A DNA stretch of 64,000 nt from Hydrurus foetidus (Eukaryota): contig UYFQ01000032.1 of assembly GCA_900617105.1 (NCBI GenBank), forward strand, positions 682,001 through 746,000. The letters are read 5' to 3'. Below the pieces are notes generated by a model. It worked only from the letters and a program-made list of their open reading frames with translations, was not told where the DNA came from and ran no database searches. The position numbers and the translations under genes were made by a program. Positions 28,133 to 38,423 of this stretch are shown piece by piece (positions within the stretch are counted from its first letter, which is position 1; every line of letters starts with the position of its first letter).

Positions 28133-30562
28133 TCAGTTACGCACGGGCTTGCCGGTAGAAAGCATCCCCATGATTCGCTCTTGCGTCTTGGGGTGTTCTA
28201 GCAGGCCGCAAAACGCTTGCCGCTCCAGCCTCATCAGGTACTCCTCGCTGACCAGCGTGCCGTTGTCCACGTCACCGCCCGTCACCACCCCGGCAATCAG
28301 GCTGGCGATGTGGAAATCGTGCTTGCTGATGAAGCCACCGTCACGCATGTTGATGAGCTGGCCCTGGATGGTGGCTTTGCCGCTGCGGCCCGCCACGGGG
28401 AACAGGCGTTTGTGCGGGGCGCGGTAGCCACTGGCGTACAGGGACTTGGCTTCGTTGATGGCAACGAACAGCAGCTCGTCTTTGTTCGGCACGATCACAT
28501 CGCTGTCAAGCAGGTAGCCCAGCTTGCGGCTTTCCAGAGCGCTGGTGCCCACTTTGGCCATCGCGGCGGCGGTGAAGCCTTCCGTCACGAAGGGCAGCAA
28601 ATCTTTGTGCGTGGACAAGGCGGCGTTTTCGGCAGCGCGGCGGGCGATGTAGGTCAGGCCACCGGCACCGGGCACCAAGCCCACGCCGACTTCCACCAGG
28701 CCGATGTAGCTTTCCATGTGAACCACACGGCGGGCCGAATGCACGGCCATCTCGCAGCCACCACCCAGCGCCAAGCCGCGCACCGCAGACACCACGGGCA
28801 CAGCGGCGTAGCGCAGTTTGAGCATGGTGCGCTGCAACTCGTGCTCGGCTTCGTTGATGGCAGCAGCGCCGCCCATCATGAAGCCGGGCAGCATGGCTTG
28901 CAGGTCAGCACCGGCACTGAAAGGCTCGTCGCCCGACCAGATCACCACGCCCTGGTAGTCTTTTTCGGCCAAATCAACCGCCAAGCTCAGGCCTTCGGCC
29001 ACATCAGGGCTGATGGCGTGCATCTTGGTTTTAATGCTGGCGATGAGCACCTCATCATCCAAAGTCCACAGGCGGATGGCGGCATCTTCGTGCAGCGTTT
29101 TGCCAGCGGATTCGAAGCCCCCACCTCCACAACTTTCACCCAAACCCAAGCCTTGGGCGTGGCCTGACAATGTTTCAGGGAAAAGCTGCCTATCGTAGAC
29201 AGGTAATGCGTGTCTAGCTACGAATTTTGAAGTACTTGGATTCCAAGAACCTGCAGCGGTATGCACGCCACCAGCCTCGGCCACCGGGCCATTGAACACC
29301 CACTCGGGCAGTGGCGCGTTGCACAGGGTTTTGCCAAGCGCGATGTCTTCGTTGATCCAGTTCGCCACCGTCAGCCAACCGGCTTCTTGCCACAGCTCGA
29401 ACGGGCCTTGCTTCAGCCCAAAACCCCAGCGCATGGCCAAGTCCACGTCACGGGCGGTCTCGGCGATGCTGGCGAGGTGGATGGCGGCGTAATGGAAGCT
29501 GTTGCGCAGGATGGCCCAGAGGAATTGGCCCTGCGCCCCTTCGCTGTTGCGCAGCAGCGCCAAACGCTCGCCCGCAGGCTTTTTGAGCATGCGGCCATAA
29601 ACTTCATCGGCTTTTTGGCCAGCGGGCACGTAAGCCTCGGAAGCCAGCTCAAAGCGCATCACATCGCGGCCCACCTTTTTGAAGAAGCCTGCTTTGGTTT
29701 TTTGCCCCAGGTTGCCCAGTTCCAACAGTTTGGCCAGCACGGGTGGCGTGCCAAAGCTGGGGTAGAACGGGTCACTGTCTGCGCTCAAATTGTCTTGCAG
29801 CGTCTTGATGACGTGCGTCATGGTGTCCAGGCCCACCACGTCGGCGGTACGGAAAGTGCCGGAACTGGCACGGCCCAGGCGCTTGCCGGTGAGGTCGTCT
29901 ACGACGTCAAACGTCAACCCGAATTTTTCCGCCTCGTGCATCGTGGCCAACATGCCGGCAATGCCAACGCGGTTGGCGATGAAGTTCGGCGAATCTTTGG
30001 CACGCACCACGCCTTTGCCCAGGCTGGTGGTGACGAACGCTTCGAGCTGGTCAAGCGCTTGCGGTTGCGTGGTGGGCGTGTTGATCAACTCCACCAGGTA
30101 CATGTAGCGGGGCGGGTTGAAGAAGTGGATGCCACAAAAGCGCGGCTTGAGGGCTTCAGGCAGTGCCTCGCTGAGCTTGGTGATCGACAAACCCGAAGTG
30201 TTGGATGCCACCAGCGCGTGCGGGGCCACAAACGGAGCTATCTTTTTGTAGAGATCGAGCTTCCAGTCCATGCGCTCGGCGATGGCTTCGATGATGAGGT
30301 CGCAGTCTTTGAGCTGCTCCAGATGCTCTTCGTAATTGGCTTGACCAATCAAGGCGGCATCCTCTGCCACACCCAATGGCGAGGGCTTGAGCTTTTTCAG
30401 GCCTTCGATGGCTTTGGTGACGATGCCGTTCTTGGGGCCTTCCTTGGCGGGAAGGTCAAACAGCACGACCTGCACTTTGACGTTGACGAGATGGGCCGCA
30501 ATTTGCGCACCCATCACGCCTGCGCCTAAGACGGCGACTTTTTTAATTTGAAAGCGAGACAT
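28133..30562 (-). CDS. 3-hydroxyacyl-CoA dehydrogenase / enoyl-CoA hydratase fusion (FadN/FadB-type)
   Basis: GAGVMG, SNTSG, HFFNPP at the N-terminus; FSAGADL, GGGCE, EVGVG crotonase domain at the C-terminus. Confidence 0.95.
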   Translation of the reverse strand: MSRFQIKKVAVLGAGVMGAQIAAHLVNVKVQVVLFDLPAKEGPKNGIVTKAIEGLKKLKPSPLGVAEDAALIGQANYEEHLEQLKDCDLIIEAIAERMDWKLDLYKKIAPFVAPHALVASNTSGLSITKLSEALPEALKPRFCGIHFFNPPRYMYLVELINTPTTQPQALDQLEAFVTTSLGKGVVRAKDSPNFIANRVGIAGMLATMHEAEKFGLTFDVVDDLTGKRLGRASSGTFRTADVVGLDTMTHVIKTLQDNLSADSDPFYPSFGTPPVLAKLLELGNLGQKTKAGFFKKVGRDVMRFELASEAYVPAGQKADEVYGRMLKKPAGERLALLRNSEGAQGQFLWAILRNSFHYAAIHLASIAETARDVDLAMRWGFGLKQGPFELWQEAGWLTVANWINEDIALGKTLCNAPLPEWVFNGPVAEAGGVHTAAGSWNPSTSKFVARHALPVYDRQLFPETLSGHAQGLGLGESCGGGGFESAGKTLHEDAAIRLWTLDDEVLIASIKTKMHAISPDVAEGLSLAVDLAEKDYQGVVIWSGDEPFSAGADLQAMLPGFMMGGAAAINEAEHELQRTMLKLRYAAVPVVSAVRGLALGGGCEMAVHSARRVVHMESYIGLVEVGVGLVPGAGGLTYIARRAAENAALSTHKDLLPFVTEGFTAAAMAKVGTSALESRKLGYLLDSDVIVPNKDELLFVAINEAKSLYASGYRAPHKRLFPVAGRSGKATIQGQLINMRDGGFISKHDFHIASLIAGVVTGGDVDNGTLVSEEYLMRLERQAFCGLLEHPKTQERIMGMLSTGKPVRN
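29173..29234 (-). repeat. AT-rich dispersed motif, copy 4 (inside the fadB-like gene, sense)
   Basis: Reverse complement TACTTCAAAATTCGTAGC TAGACACGCATTACCTGTCTACGATAGGCAGCTTTTCCCTGAAA; encodes TSKFVARHALPVYDRQLFPE. Confidence 0.65.
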
Positions 30563-30601
30563 TGAAATCTTTCTTGTTGAAGGTCATCCAGCGCGGTGGA
30601 T

Positions 30602-31036
30602 TTACGGGATGCGGTTCCACGTTTGCGTGCGACCAAAGGGGCCGATCGAGGCGCGTACTTCGAGTTTTTTACCGCCGTCAATAGGTGTCAAGCGCAGGGT
30701 GTAGTTTTTGCCGTTGTCGGGGTCGAGAATTTTTCCGTCTTCCCACACGTCTTTGCCTTCGGCCTTTTTGGCACCCCGGATAACTTCCATGCCCAGCTTA
30801 GGCTTGTCTTTACGGTCGTCGCTGCATTGGGTGCAGTTGGGCTCCACGGGAGGGACCAAGCCTTTTTCAATCACCCCAGCAAGCACACCCGCGCTACTGG
30901 CGGTGATGCGGATTTCCGCTTTGGGCTGACCCGTTTTGTCGTCAATGCTTTGCCACAGGCCGACAGGGGACATTTGAGCCAGGGCTGCCGTGCAGCTGAG
31001 TAGCCCCATGAGGGGTATCAATTTGATAGCTTTCAT
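30602..31036 (-). CDS. DUF2147 exported protein
   Basis: Signal peptide; SPVGLW..IDD, WEDGKILDPDNGKNY, GRTQTW.R. Confidence 0.9.
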   Translation of the reverse strand: MKAIKLIPLMGLLSCTAALAQMSPVGLWQSIDDKTGQPKAEIRITASSAGVLAGVIEKGLVPPVEPNCTQCSDDRKDKPKLGMEVIRGAKKAEGKDVWEDGKILDPDNGKNYTLRLTPIDGGKKLEVRASIGPFGRTQTWNRIP

Positions 31037-31078
31037 CGCATTATTTATAAGGGTTAGAAGCCTATTTGATACTCAAAA
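31013..31078 (+). repeat. AT-rich dispersed motif, copy 5 (contains the DUF2147 start codon)
   Basis: GGGTATCAATTTGATAGC TTTCATCGCATTATTTATAAGGGTTAGAAGCCTATTTGATACTCAAAA. Confidence 0.8.
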
Positions 31079-31119
31079 TGCCTCTCAAAGGCATTTTTGA
31101 ACCCGTTTTGACAACGAAA

Positions 31120-32916
31120 TTAAGCCAAAGCCGCATCGGTGTCCATCAGCACCGCACTGCCCGCACGGGCGGTGCGCATGAGCGACGCGGTTTCAGGGAA
31201 CAACTTAGCGAAGTAAAACCGTGCGGTTTGCAGCTTGGCCACGTAGAACTGGTCGGTGTTACCCGCTGCAATCTCACGCAACGCCACTTGCGCCATGCGG
31301 GCCCAGAAGTACCCGAACACCAAATGCCCAGCAACGCGCAAATAGTCCACCGCCGCAGCGCCCACCTCATCAGGGTTCTGGAAGCCTTTGAAGCCCAGCT
31401 CCGTGGTCAGCTTGGTGACTTGCTCGCCCAGGAAAGCGATAGGGTTGATGAATTCGGCCATCTTCTCGTTCACGCCTTCTTCCATCACCAAAGCGCCCAC
31501 CAGTTTGCCGAATTTTTTCAGCGTCGCGCCGTTGTTGCCCAGCACTTTGCGGCCCAGCAAGTCCAGGCTCTGGATGGTGTTGGTGCCCTCATAAATCATG
31601 TTGATGCGGTTGTCGCGCACATACTGCTCCATGCCCCACTCTTTGATGAAACCGTGGCCACCGAACACCTGCATGCAGGCGTTGGTGCTGATGTGGCCGT
31701 TGTCGGTCAAAAAGGCTTTGACGATGGGGGTCAACAAAGAGAGCATTTCGCCGCTGTCGGCACGTACTTTCGCGTCCGGGTGGCTGTGTTCTTTGTCCAG
31801 CAGCACCGCGCAGTATGTGGCCAGCGCACGGCCACCTTCAGCGTAGGCTTTGGCGGTCAGCAGCATCTTGCGCACATCGGGGTGAACGATGATGGGGTCA
31901 GCCGCTTTGTCTTTGGCTTTGGTGCCGGAAAGCGAGCGCATCTGGATGCGGTCTTTGGCATAGGCCAGGGCGTTTTGGTAAGCCACTTCGGTCAAGCCCA
32001 ACGACTGGTTGCCCACGCCCAAACGGGCTGCGTTCATCATCACGAACATGCCTTGCATGCCCTTGTTGGGCTGGCCCACCATCGTGCCAATGGCGCCATC
32101 AATCACCATCTGTGACGTGGCGTTGCCGTGGATGCCCATTTTGTGCTCCAGGCCACCGCAGTAGATGTTGTTGGCCGCACCCAGTGAGCCGTCTTTGTTG
32201 ACCAAAAACTTGGGCACGATGAACAAGCTCACGCCTTTGATGCCGGGGGGCGCATCGGTCAAACGGGCCAGCACCAGATGCACAATGTTGGGGGTCATGT
32301 CGTGGTCGCCAGCGCTGATGAAAATCTTGTTGCCGGTGATTTTGTAGGTGCCATCAGGAAGCGCCTCAGCCTTGGTGCGCATCAGGCCCAAATCGGTACC
32401 GCAATGGGGTTCGGTGAGGCACATGGAACCCGTCCATTCACCGCTGGTCATTTTGTGCAGGTAGGTCTGCTTTTGTTCGTCAGTGCCGTGCGTGTGCAAG
32501 GCAGCATGGGCACCGTGGGTCAGGCCGGGGTACATCGTCCAGGCTTGGTTGGCGCTGTTGAGCATCTCGTAAAAGCACTGGTTCACCACCAGCGGCAAAC
32601 CTTGCCCGCCAAAAGCGGGGTCACAGCTCAGGCCCGGCCAGCCGCCTTCGACGTACTTGTCATACGCCGCTTTGAAGCCCTTGGGGGTGGTCACAGCATG
32701 GGTGGTGCGGTCGATCGTGCAGCCTTCTTCGTCGCCGCTGATATTCAGCGGAAAAGTGACTTCAGCCGCGAACTTGCCCCCCTCTTCCAGCACGGCGTTG
32801 ATGGTGTCTACATCGATGTCAGCGTGCTGCGGGCAGGCCTTCAAATCGTCCGTCACTTTGAGCACTTCGTGCATCACAAATTGCATGTCGCGCAGGGGTG
32901 GGGTGTAGGTAGGCAT
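31120..32916 (-). CDS. Acyl-CoA dehydrogenase
   Basis: MCLTEPHCGTDL, GNKIFIS.G, EHKMGIHG, QVFGGHG, IYEGTN.IQ. Confidence 0.96.
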   Translation of the reverse strand: MPTYTPPLRDMQFVMHEVLKVTDDLKACPQHADIDVDTINAVLEEGGKFAAEVTFPLNISGDEEGCTIDRTTHAVTTPKGFKAAYDKYVEGGWPGLSCDPAFGGQGLPLVVNQCFYEMLNSANQAWTMYPGLTHGAHAALHTHGTDEQKQTYLHKMTSGEWTGSMCLTEPHCGTDLGLMRTKAEALPDGTYKITGNKIFISAGDHDMTPNIVHLVLARLTDAPPGIKGVSLFIVPKFLVNKDGSLGAANNIYCGGLEHKMGIHGNATSQMVIDGAIGTMVGQPNKGMQGMFVMMNAARLGVGNQSLGLTEVAYQNALAYAKDRIQMRSLSGTKAKDKAADPIIVHPDVRKMLLTAKAYAEGGRALATYCAVLLDKEHSHPDAKVRADSGEMLSLLTPIVKAFLTDNGHISTNACMQVFGGHGFIKEWGMEQYVRDNRINMIYEGTNTIQSLDLLGRKVLGNNGATLKKFGKLVGALVMEEGVNEKMAEFINPIAFLGEQVTKLTTELGFKGFQNPDEVGAAAVDYLRVAGHLVFGYFWARMAQVALREIAAGNTDQFYVAKLQTARFYFAKLFPETASLMRTARAGSAVLMDTDAALA

Positions 32917-32971
32917 GGGTGGCTCCGTTACAAATGAGGGAAATAAGGGAAAGTCAAAAAAGAGAGGAAAG

Positions 32972-33634
32972 TCAGGGCGCCATGTGCGCCGCCAAAATAT
33001 TGTTAAAACCTCGTACCGCTCGGTCGAGTGAGCCAGCGGTTTTCAGAAAGCGGGCCTCGTAGTGAGATGCCAAAATCAGACCGTGGATTTCAAACCGCAG
33101 CTGGTCAACGTCAACGTCGGCCTTCAAGTGCCCCGCCTCTTTGGCCTGCGCCAGCGCACGGTGCATGGCCGCCAACCAAGTGTGTACCGTGCTGACCAGT
33201 GCGTCGCGCACCGGGCCAGGTCGGTCGTCAAACTCGACGGCACCGCTGATGTAGATACAGCCGGAATCCAGCTCCACAGTGGTGCGCTTCATCCAGTTTC
33301 CAAACAGCGCCCGCACCCGTGGTAAGCCACGCTCCGCCTGCATGGCGGGGTAAAAAACTTCTTGTTCAAACCGGGCGTGGTATTCGCGCACCACCGAAAT
33401 TTGCAGTTCTTCACGCGAACCAAAATGGGCAAACACGCCCGATTTGCTCATCTGCGCGACTTCGGCTAGCGCACCAATACTCAAGCCTTCAAGGCCAATG
33501 TGGGTAGCCAGCCCCAGCGCTGCATCCACGATGGCAGCCTTGGTTTGCTGGCCTTTTTGCGATGCACGCCCATCCCGGCCTGCATCGGCAACGGGAAGGC
33601 GGGGAGCCCTGCGGGGCAATGCACTGACAGACAT
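32972..33634 (-). CDS. TetR-family regulator of fatty-acid degradation (FadP-like)
   Basis: MSKSGVFAHFGSREEL HTH; first gene of the beta-oxidation operon. Confidence 0.88.
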   Translation of the reverse strand: MSVSALPRRAPRLPVADAGRDGRASQKGQQTKAAIVDAALGLATHIGLEGLSIGALAEVAQMSKSGVFAHFGSREELQISVVREYHARFEQEVFYPAMQAERGLPRVRALFGNWMKRTTVELDSGCIYISGAVEFDDRPGPVRDALVSTVHTWLAAMHRALAQAKEAGHLKADVDVDQLRFEIHGLILASHYEARFLKTAGSLDRAVRGFNNILAAHMAP

Positions 33635-33645
33635 GAGATCCTGAC

Positions 33646-33672
33646 AAAATAAACGAACGATCGTGCTATTTT
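33646..33672. promoter_or_regulatory. Probable TetR/FadP operator
   Basis: Imperfect palindrome AAAATAAACGAACGATCGTGCTATTTT immediately upstream of the TetR start. Confidence 0.65.
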
Positions 33673-33816
33673 GCAGGAAATTGAAGGAAGCTGCCGGTGA
33701 GGGGTGATTTCTAGGGATGAGGTTCTAAGAGAGCAGAGGGTTTACCCTGAACCTCACCAAGCACAAAGGCCAGTTAATTGCGCAACAAAACCAGCCAATG
33801 ACCACATCATCGTCAA

Positions 33817-33841
33817 GAGATGTGGAACCCTTCCACATCTC
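33817..33841 (-). terminator. Perfect 11-bp hairpin downstream of obgE (possible terminator)
   Basis: GAGATGTGGAA-CCC-TTCCACATCTC; U-tract is weak. Confidence 0.5.
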
Positions 33842-33856
33842 CTAAAGGGAATAGAT

Positions 33857-34933
<1,077 letters not shown>

Positions 34934-34974
34934 TCACTCTCAGGGTCTGGTTCAGGATAGGTGCTGAAAACAAC

Positions 34975-34998
34975 AAAGCCCCGACTGGGCGGGGCTTT
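34975..34998 (-). terminator. Intrinsic terminator after rpmA
   Basis: AAAGCCCCG-ACTGGG-CGGGGCTTT. Confidence 0.75.
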
Positions 34999-35021
34999 GA
35001 GCAGGGATCAAAGTGAAAGGC

Positions 35022-35279
35022 TTAAGCCGGAATCACATTGACCATGTGCTTGTTCATGCTGCCTTTGATCGAAAAGTTTACATGACCAGGGGTCAGTGCA
35101 AACAAAGTGTGATCTTTGCCGATACCGACGTTAACGCCGGGATGGAAACGTGTGCCACGCTGGCGCACGATGATCGCGCCTGCGCCGATCAGTTGGCCAC
35201 CAAACATTTTCACACCGAGCATTTTGGGCTTGGAATCGCGCCCATTTCGCGTTGAGCCGCCGCCTTTTTTCTGTGCCAT
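35022..35279 (-). CDS. rpmA: 50S ribosomal protein L27
   Basis: [20 protein letters not shown]. Confidence 0.99.
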   Translation of the reverse strand: MAQKKGGGSTRNGRDSKPKMLGVKMFGGQLIGAGAIIVRQRGTRFHPGVNVGIGKDHTLFALTPGHVNFSIKGSMNKHMVNVIPA

Positions 35280-35297
35280 TTTGGATAACTCCTGTGA

Positions 35298-35609
35298 TTA
35301 GCCGACGATCGCACCGATTTGCAGTTCAGTGAACTGCTGGCGATGGCCTTGGTGTTTCTGGTAATGCTTACGACGACGCATTTTGAAAATGCGCACTTTG
35401 TCGTGCTTACCGTGCGAAAGCACCGTAACCGTGACGGTTGCACCGGACACCAAGGGTGTGCCGACTTTGATTTCAGCGCCGTTGCCGACTGCCAAAACTT
35501 GGTCAAACACGATCTCTTGGCCTACGTCCGCAGCAATCTGTTCTACTTTAATTTTTTCACCAGCAGCAACACGATATTGTTTGCCACCGGTTTTTATGAC
35601 CGCGTACAT
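35298..35609 (-). CDS. rplU: 50S ribosomal protein L21
   Basis: [12 protein letters not shown]...GHRQ. Confidence 0.99.
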   Translation of the reverse strand: MYAVIKTGGKQYRVAAGEKIKVEQIAADVGQEIVFDQVLAVGNGAEIKVGTPLVSGATVTVTVLSHGKHDKVRIFKMRRRKHYQKHQGHRQQFTELQIGAIVG

Positions 35610-35795
35610 GTAATAACCTCTTAGACCCCGGGTTGAGTTTGGTACTTTTCAGACCAAACCGTACCCGGTAAGTGAATTTTCTGTAGCCAATTCCACAGAA
35701 CCCACGAGTTTAACCTATTTAGCGTTTTTACCTAGCACTGTTTGTGGCTAATCTAGGGTCGTTGTGAAGTTTTCTATAATTCCAACAACTTCAGA

Positions 35796-36788
35796 TTGCC
35801 TAACTTGTCCGCCACCCCTTCCGATCTCAATGCCGCGCTTTCCTTGATTGCCCACGACCTTACCGAAGTAGACAAGGTGATTGGTCAACGTCTCGCCTCT
35901 GGCGTGCCTCTGGTCGGCGAGGTCGCGCGTTACATCATCTCCGCAGGCGGCAAACGTGTTCGCCCTACCCTCCTGCTTCTGTGCGCTGGCGCTTTGGGCT
36001 ACACAGGGGTGCAGCACTACAACTTGGCCGCCGTGGTCGAGTTCATCCATACCGCCACACTGCTGCATGACGATGTGGTGGACGATTCGGCCTTGCGCCG
36101 AGGTCGCCCCACCGCGAACGAAATTTTTGGCAACCCGGCCAGCGTGCTGGTAGGTGACTTCCTCTACTCACGCGCCTTTCAGATGATGGTGGATGTGCAA
36201 GACATGCGCGTGATGCAAATTTTGGCCGAAGCGACCAACGTGATCGCGGAAGGCGAAGTGATGCAGCTGATGAACATCCACGACGCCTCACTTGACGAAG
36301 CAGGCTACCTGCGTGTCATCCGGTCCAAAACCGCCAAATTATTTGAGGCCAGCACCCAATTGGCTGCTGTGTTGACTGGTCAAAGCCCTGGCATTGAGCG
36401 TGCCTGTGCCGACTACGGACAAGCCCTGGGCACCGCATTCCAAGTGATTGACGATGCGCTGGACTACGATGGTGACACCACCGAGATGGGTAAAAACCTG
36501 GGTGATGATTTGCGCGAAGGAAAAACCACGCTGCCCTTGATCGTTGCCATGCAGCGCGGCACGCCCGCCCAAGCACAGGCGATTCGTGAGGCAATCGAAA
36601 CCGGCACCGTCACCCAGCTCGACGAGATCATAGCCATCGTCAAAAGCACGGGCGCACTGCAAGCCACACGCGAAACAGCAGCGGCTGAAGCGCAGCGCGC
36701 TATTGATGCCATCCGTGTGCTGCCCGACAACGCGCACCGTGCCGCGTTGGAAGAGTTGGCATCGTCGTTACTGCAACGCCGATCTTGA
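35796..36788 (+). CDS. ispB: Octaprenyl diphosphate synthase
   Basis: GGKRVRP, LLHDDVVD, FQVIDDALD, GKNLGDDLREGK; divergent from rplU. Confidence 0.96.
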   Translation: MPNLSATPSDLNAALSLIAHDLTEVDKVIGQRLASGVPLVGEVARYIISAGGKRVRPTLLLLCAGALGYTGVQHYNLAAVVEFIHTATLLHDDVVDDSALRRGRPTANEIFGNPASVLVGDFLYSRAFQMMVDVQDMRVMQILAEATNVIAEGEVMQLMNIHDASLDEAGYLRVIRSKTAKLFEASTQLAAVLTGQSPGIERACADYGQALGTAFQVIDDALDYDGDTTEMGKNLGDDLREGKTTLPLIVAMQRGTPAQAQAIREAIETGTVTQLDEIIAIVKSTGALQATRETAAAEAQRAIDAIRVLPDNAHRAALEELASSLLQRRS

Positions 36789-36807
36789 CAGCCAAGTCTG
36801 CGGCCTG

Positions 36808-38091
36808 CTAGGCCCCCCTATCGTTCACTGAAAAAAAGTACGATAACCGCTGCTGCGGACTCAGCCAGTCACGGGCTTCAGCAGGCAGTGTGGCTGGGCG
36901 TATGGCCTCGGCAATTTTCAAATCAGGCTCATCGTCCAATGCCACGATAGGGGCCATTTCTTTGCGTAACTCAGGGCTGTAGATCAGCACTTTAGGTGTC
37001 AAACTTTGCCGCCCTGGTGACACAACCATTGCTAAACTGCCATCTGTGAGCACCACCACAGTGCCAGGAGGGTAAACGCCCAGCAACTTAATCAGCAGAC
37101 TGAGCAAACCCGCGTCGAATTTACTGGACTCATGGCGAAACATGGTGGCCAGCGCTTCGGCGGGCATCAGTGGCTCGCGGTCTGTGGCTTCTGGCGTACA
37201 CAGTCGGTCGTAACGGTCCACCACAGCCAAAATTCGAGCGCCTACGCTGGCATCTTTTTTACCCCGAGGCCAGCCGGAGCCGTCCACCGCTTCGTGGTGA
37301 TCGGCAATGATGGCAATCGCTTCGCGGCTGAAAGCCCCTGATTGAGCTGCGAACTGAGCGCTGTAAAGCACATGCTGGCGGAAAAAATCCTCTTCGTGTT
37401 TTTTACGCCTAGAAGTCTTCAAGATTTGAAGCGGGATTTGTGCCTTACCGGCATCATGGGCCAGCGCTGCCAAGGCCAAATCAGCCAACGCAACCTCACC
37501 TAACCCCGCACGCTTCCCCACCACCATGCACAAGGTCATGGTGTTCAAGGCATGAAACTGGGGGCCAATTTCCTTTTTGTCACCCAGCAAGTGCAGCAAA
37601 ATTTCTTGTCCCTTCGCGATCGAGGATGCGGTTTCACGCGAAAGCACCGCCAGCTGCTCGCCCGCAGTCTTGGGTGAACGGGTCAAATTCAGCAGCGCAT
37701 CTCGGGTAGAGCGCGCAGCCAAAGCCCAAGCTTGATCCGCTTGCTGAGCTGCAGCCTGTTGCACCCTGAGCTTATCTTTCTTGGCCTGCTCCAAGGCACG
37801 CAGTTCCTGCGTCAAGACGATTTTCTCTGCCGCTTTAACGGCCAACACCTCGGGGCTCAGCAACTCAAGTTCAGCCAGAGGCGGTGGGAAAACTTCACTC
37901 TTATCGGGGTAGTAATAAAGCCGCCCAGTGATGCTCAACGACTGCATCACAGCCACGTCTTTGGTCGTTTTCAACAACATGCGGTTAGAGAAAAAGGGGT
38001 GTTCATCCCAACGCACATCCAACCAGACGAAAAGCCCTACGACCAATTGTGAAGGGTCAATGGCGACATGGGCTCCGGGTTTTTTCCACAT
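36808..38091 (-). CDS. HD-GYP-like phosphohydrolase with DUF3391-like N-terminus, copy 1
   Basis: AHDAGK, HHEAVDGSGWP, GVYPPGT.V.L.DG; start taken at MWKKPG. Confidence 0.88.
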   Translation of the reverse strand: MWKKPGAHVAIDPSQLVVGLFVWLDVRWDEHPFFSNRMLLKTTKDVAVMQSLSITGRLYYYPDKSEVFPPPLAELELLSPEVLAVKAAEKIVLTQELRALEQAKKDKLRVQQAAAQQADQAWALAARSTRDALLNLTRSPKTAGEQLAVLSRETASSIAKGQEILLHLLGDKKEIGPQFHALNTMTLCMVVGKRAGLGEVALADLALAALAHDAGKAQIPLQILKTSRRKKHEEDFFRQHVLYSAQFAAQSGAFSREAIAIIADHHEAVDGSGWPRGKKDASVGARILAVVDRYDRLCTPEATDREPLMPAEALATMFRHESSKFDAGLLSLLIKLLGVYPPGTVVVLTDGSLAMVVSPGRQSLTPKVLIYSPELRKEMAPIVALDDEPDLKIAEAIRPATLPAEARDWLSPQQRLSYFFSVNDRGA

Positions 38092-38187
38092 GATTGCTGT
38101 TAATGCCGTTTGTTTTGACTTGGATGTTGCCTGAGAAAGACTGCAGACACGCCGGGCATCGTAACGCACACCAATGGCCTTGCCAGG

Positions 38188-38245
38188 ATGGGACAATACA
38201 ACCCATGTACGCAATGTTTAAAGAAAGCGGCAAAAGAGTCAAAGC
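38188..38245 (+). pseudogene. Internally deleted fragment of the rnb upstream region and 5' end
   Basis: atgggacaata..ccatgtacgcaatgtttaaagaaagcggcaa matches 41700-41745. Confidence 0.8.
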
Positions 38246-38404
38246 ATAACCATCGTCAAAAGCACGGGTGCACTGCAAGCTACACGCGAAGCAGCAGCGG
38301 CTGAAGCGCAGCGCGCTATTGATGTCATCCGTGTGCTGCCCGACAACGCGCACCGTGCCGCGTTGGAAGAGTTGGCATGGTCGTTACGGCAACACCAATC
38401 TTGA
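38246..38404 (+). pseudogene. Duplicated 3' fragment of ispB
   Basis: Near-identical to 36630-36788. Confidence 0.9.
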
Positions 38405-38423
38405 CGACCAAGTCTACGGCTAG

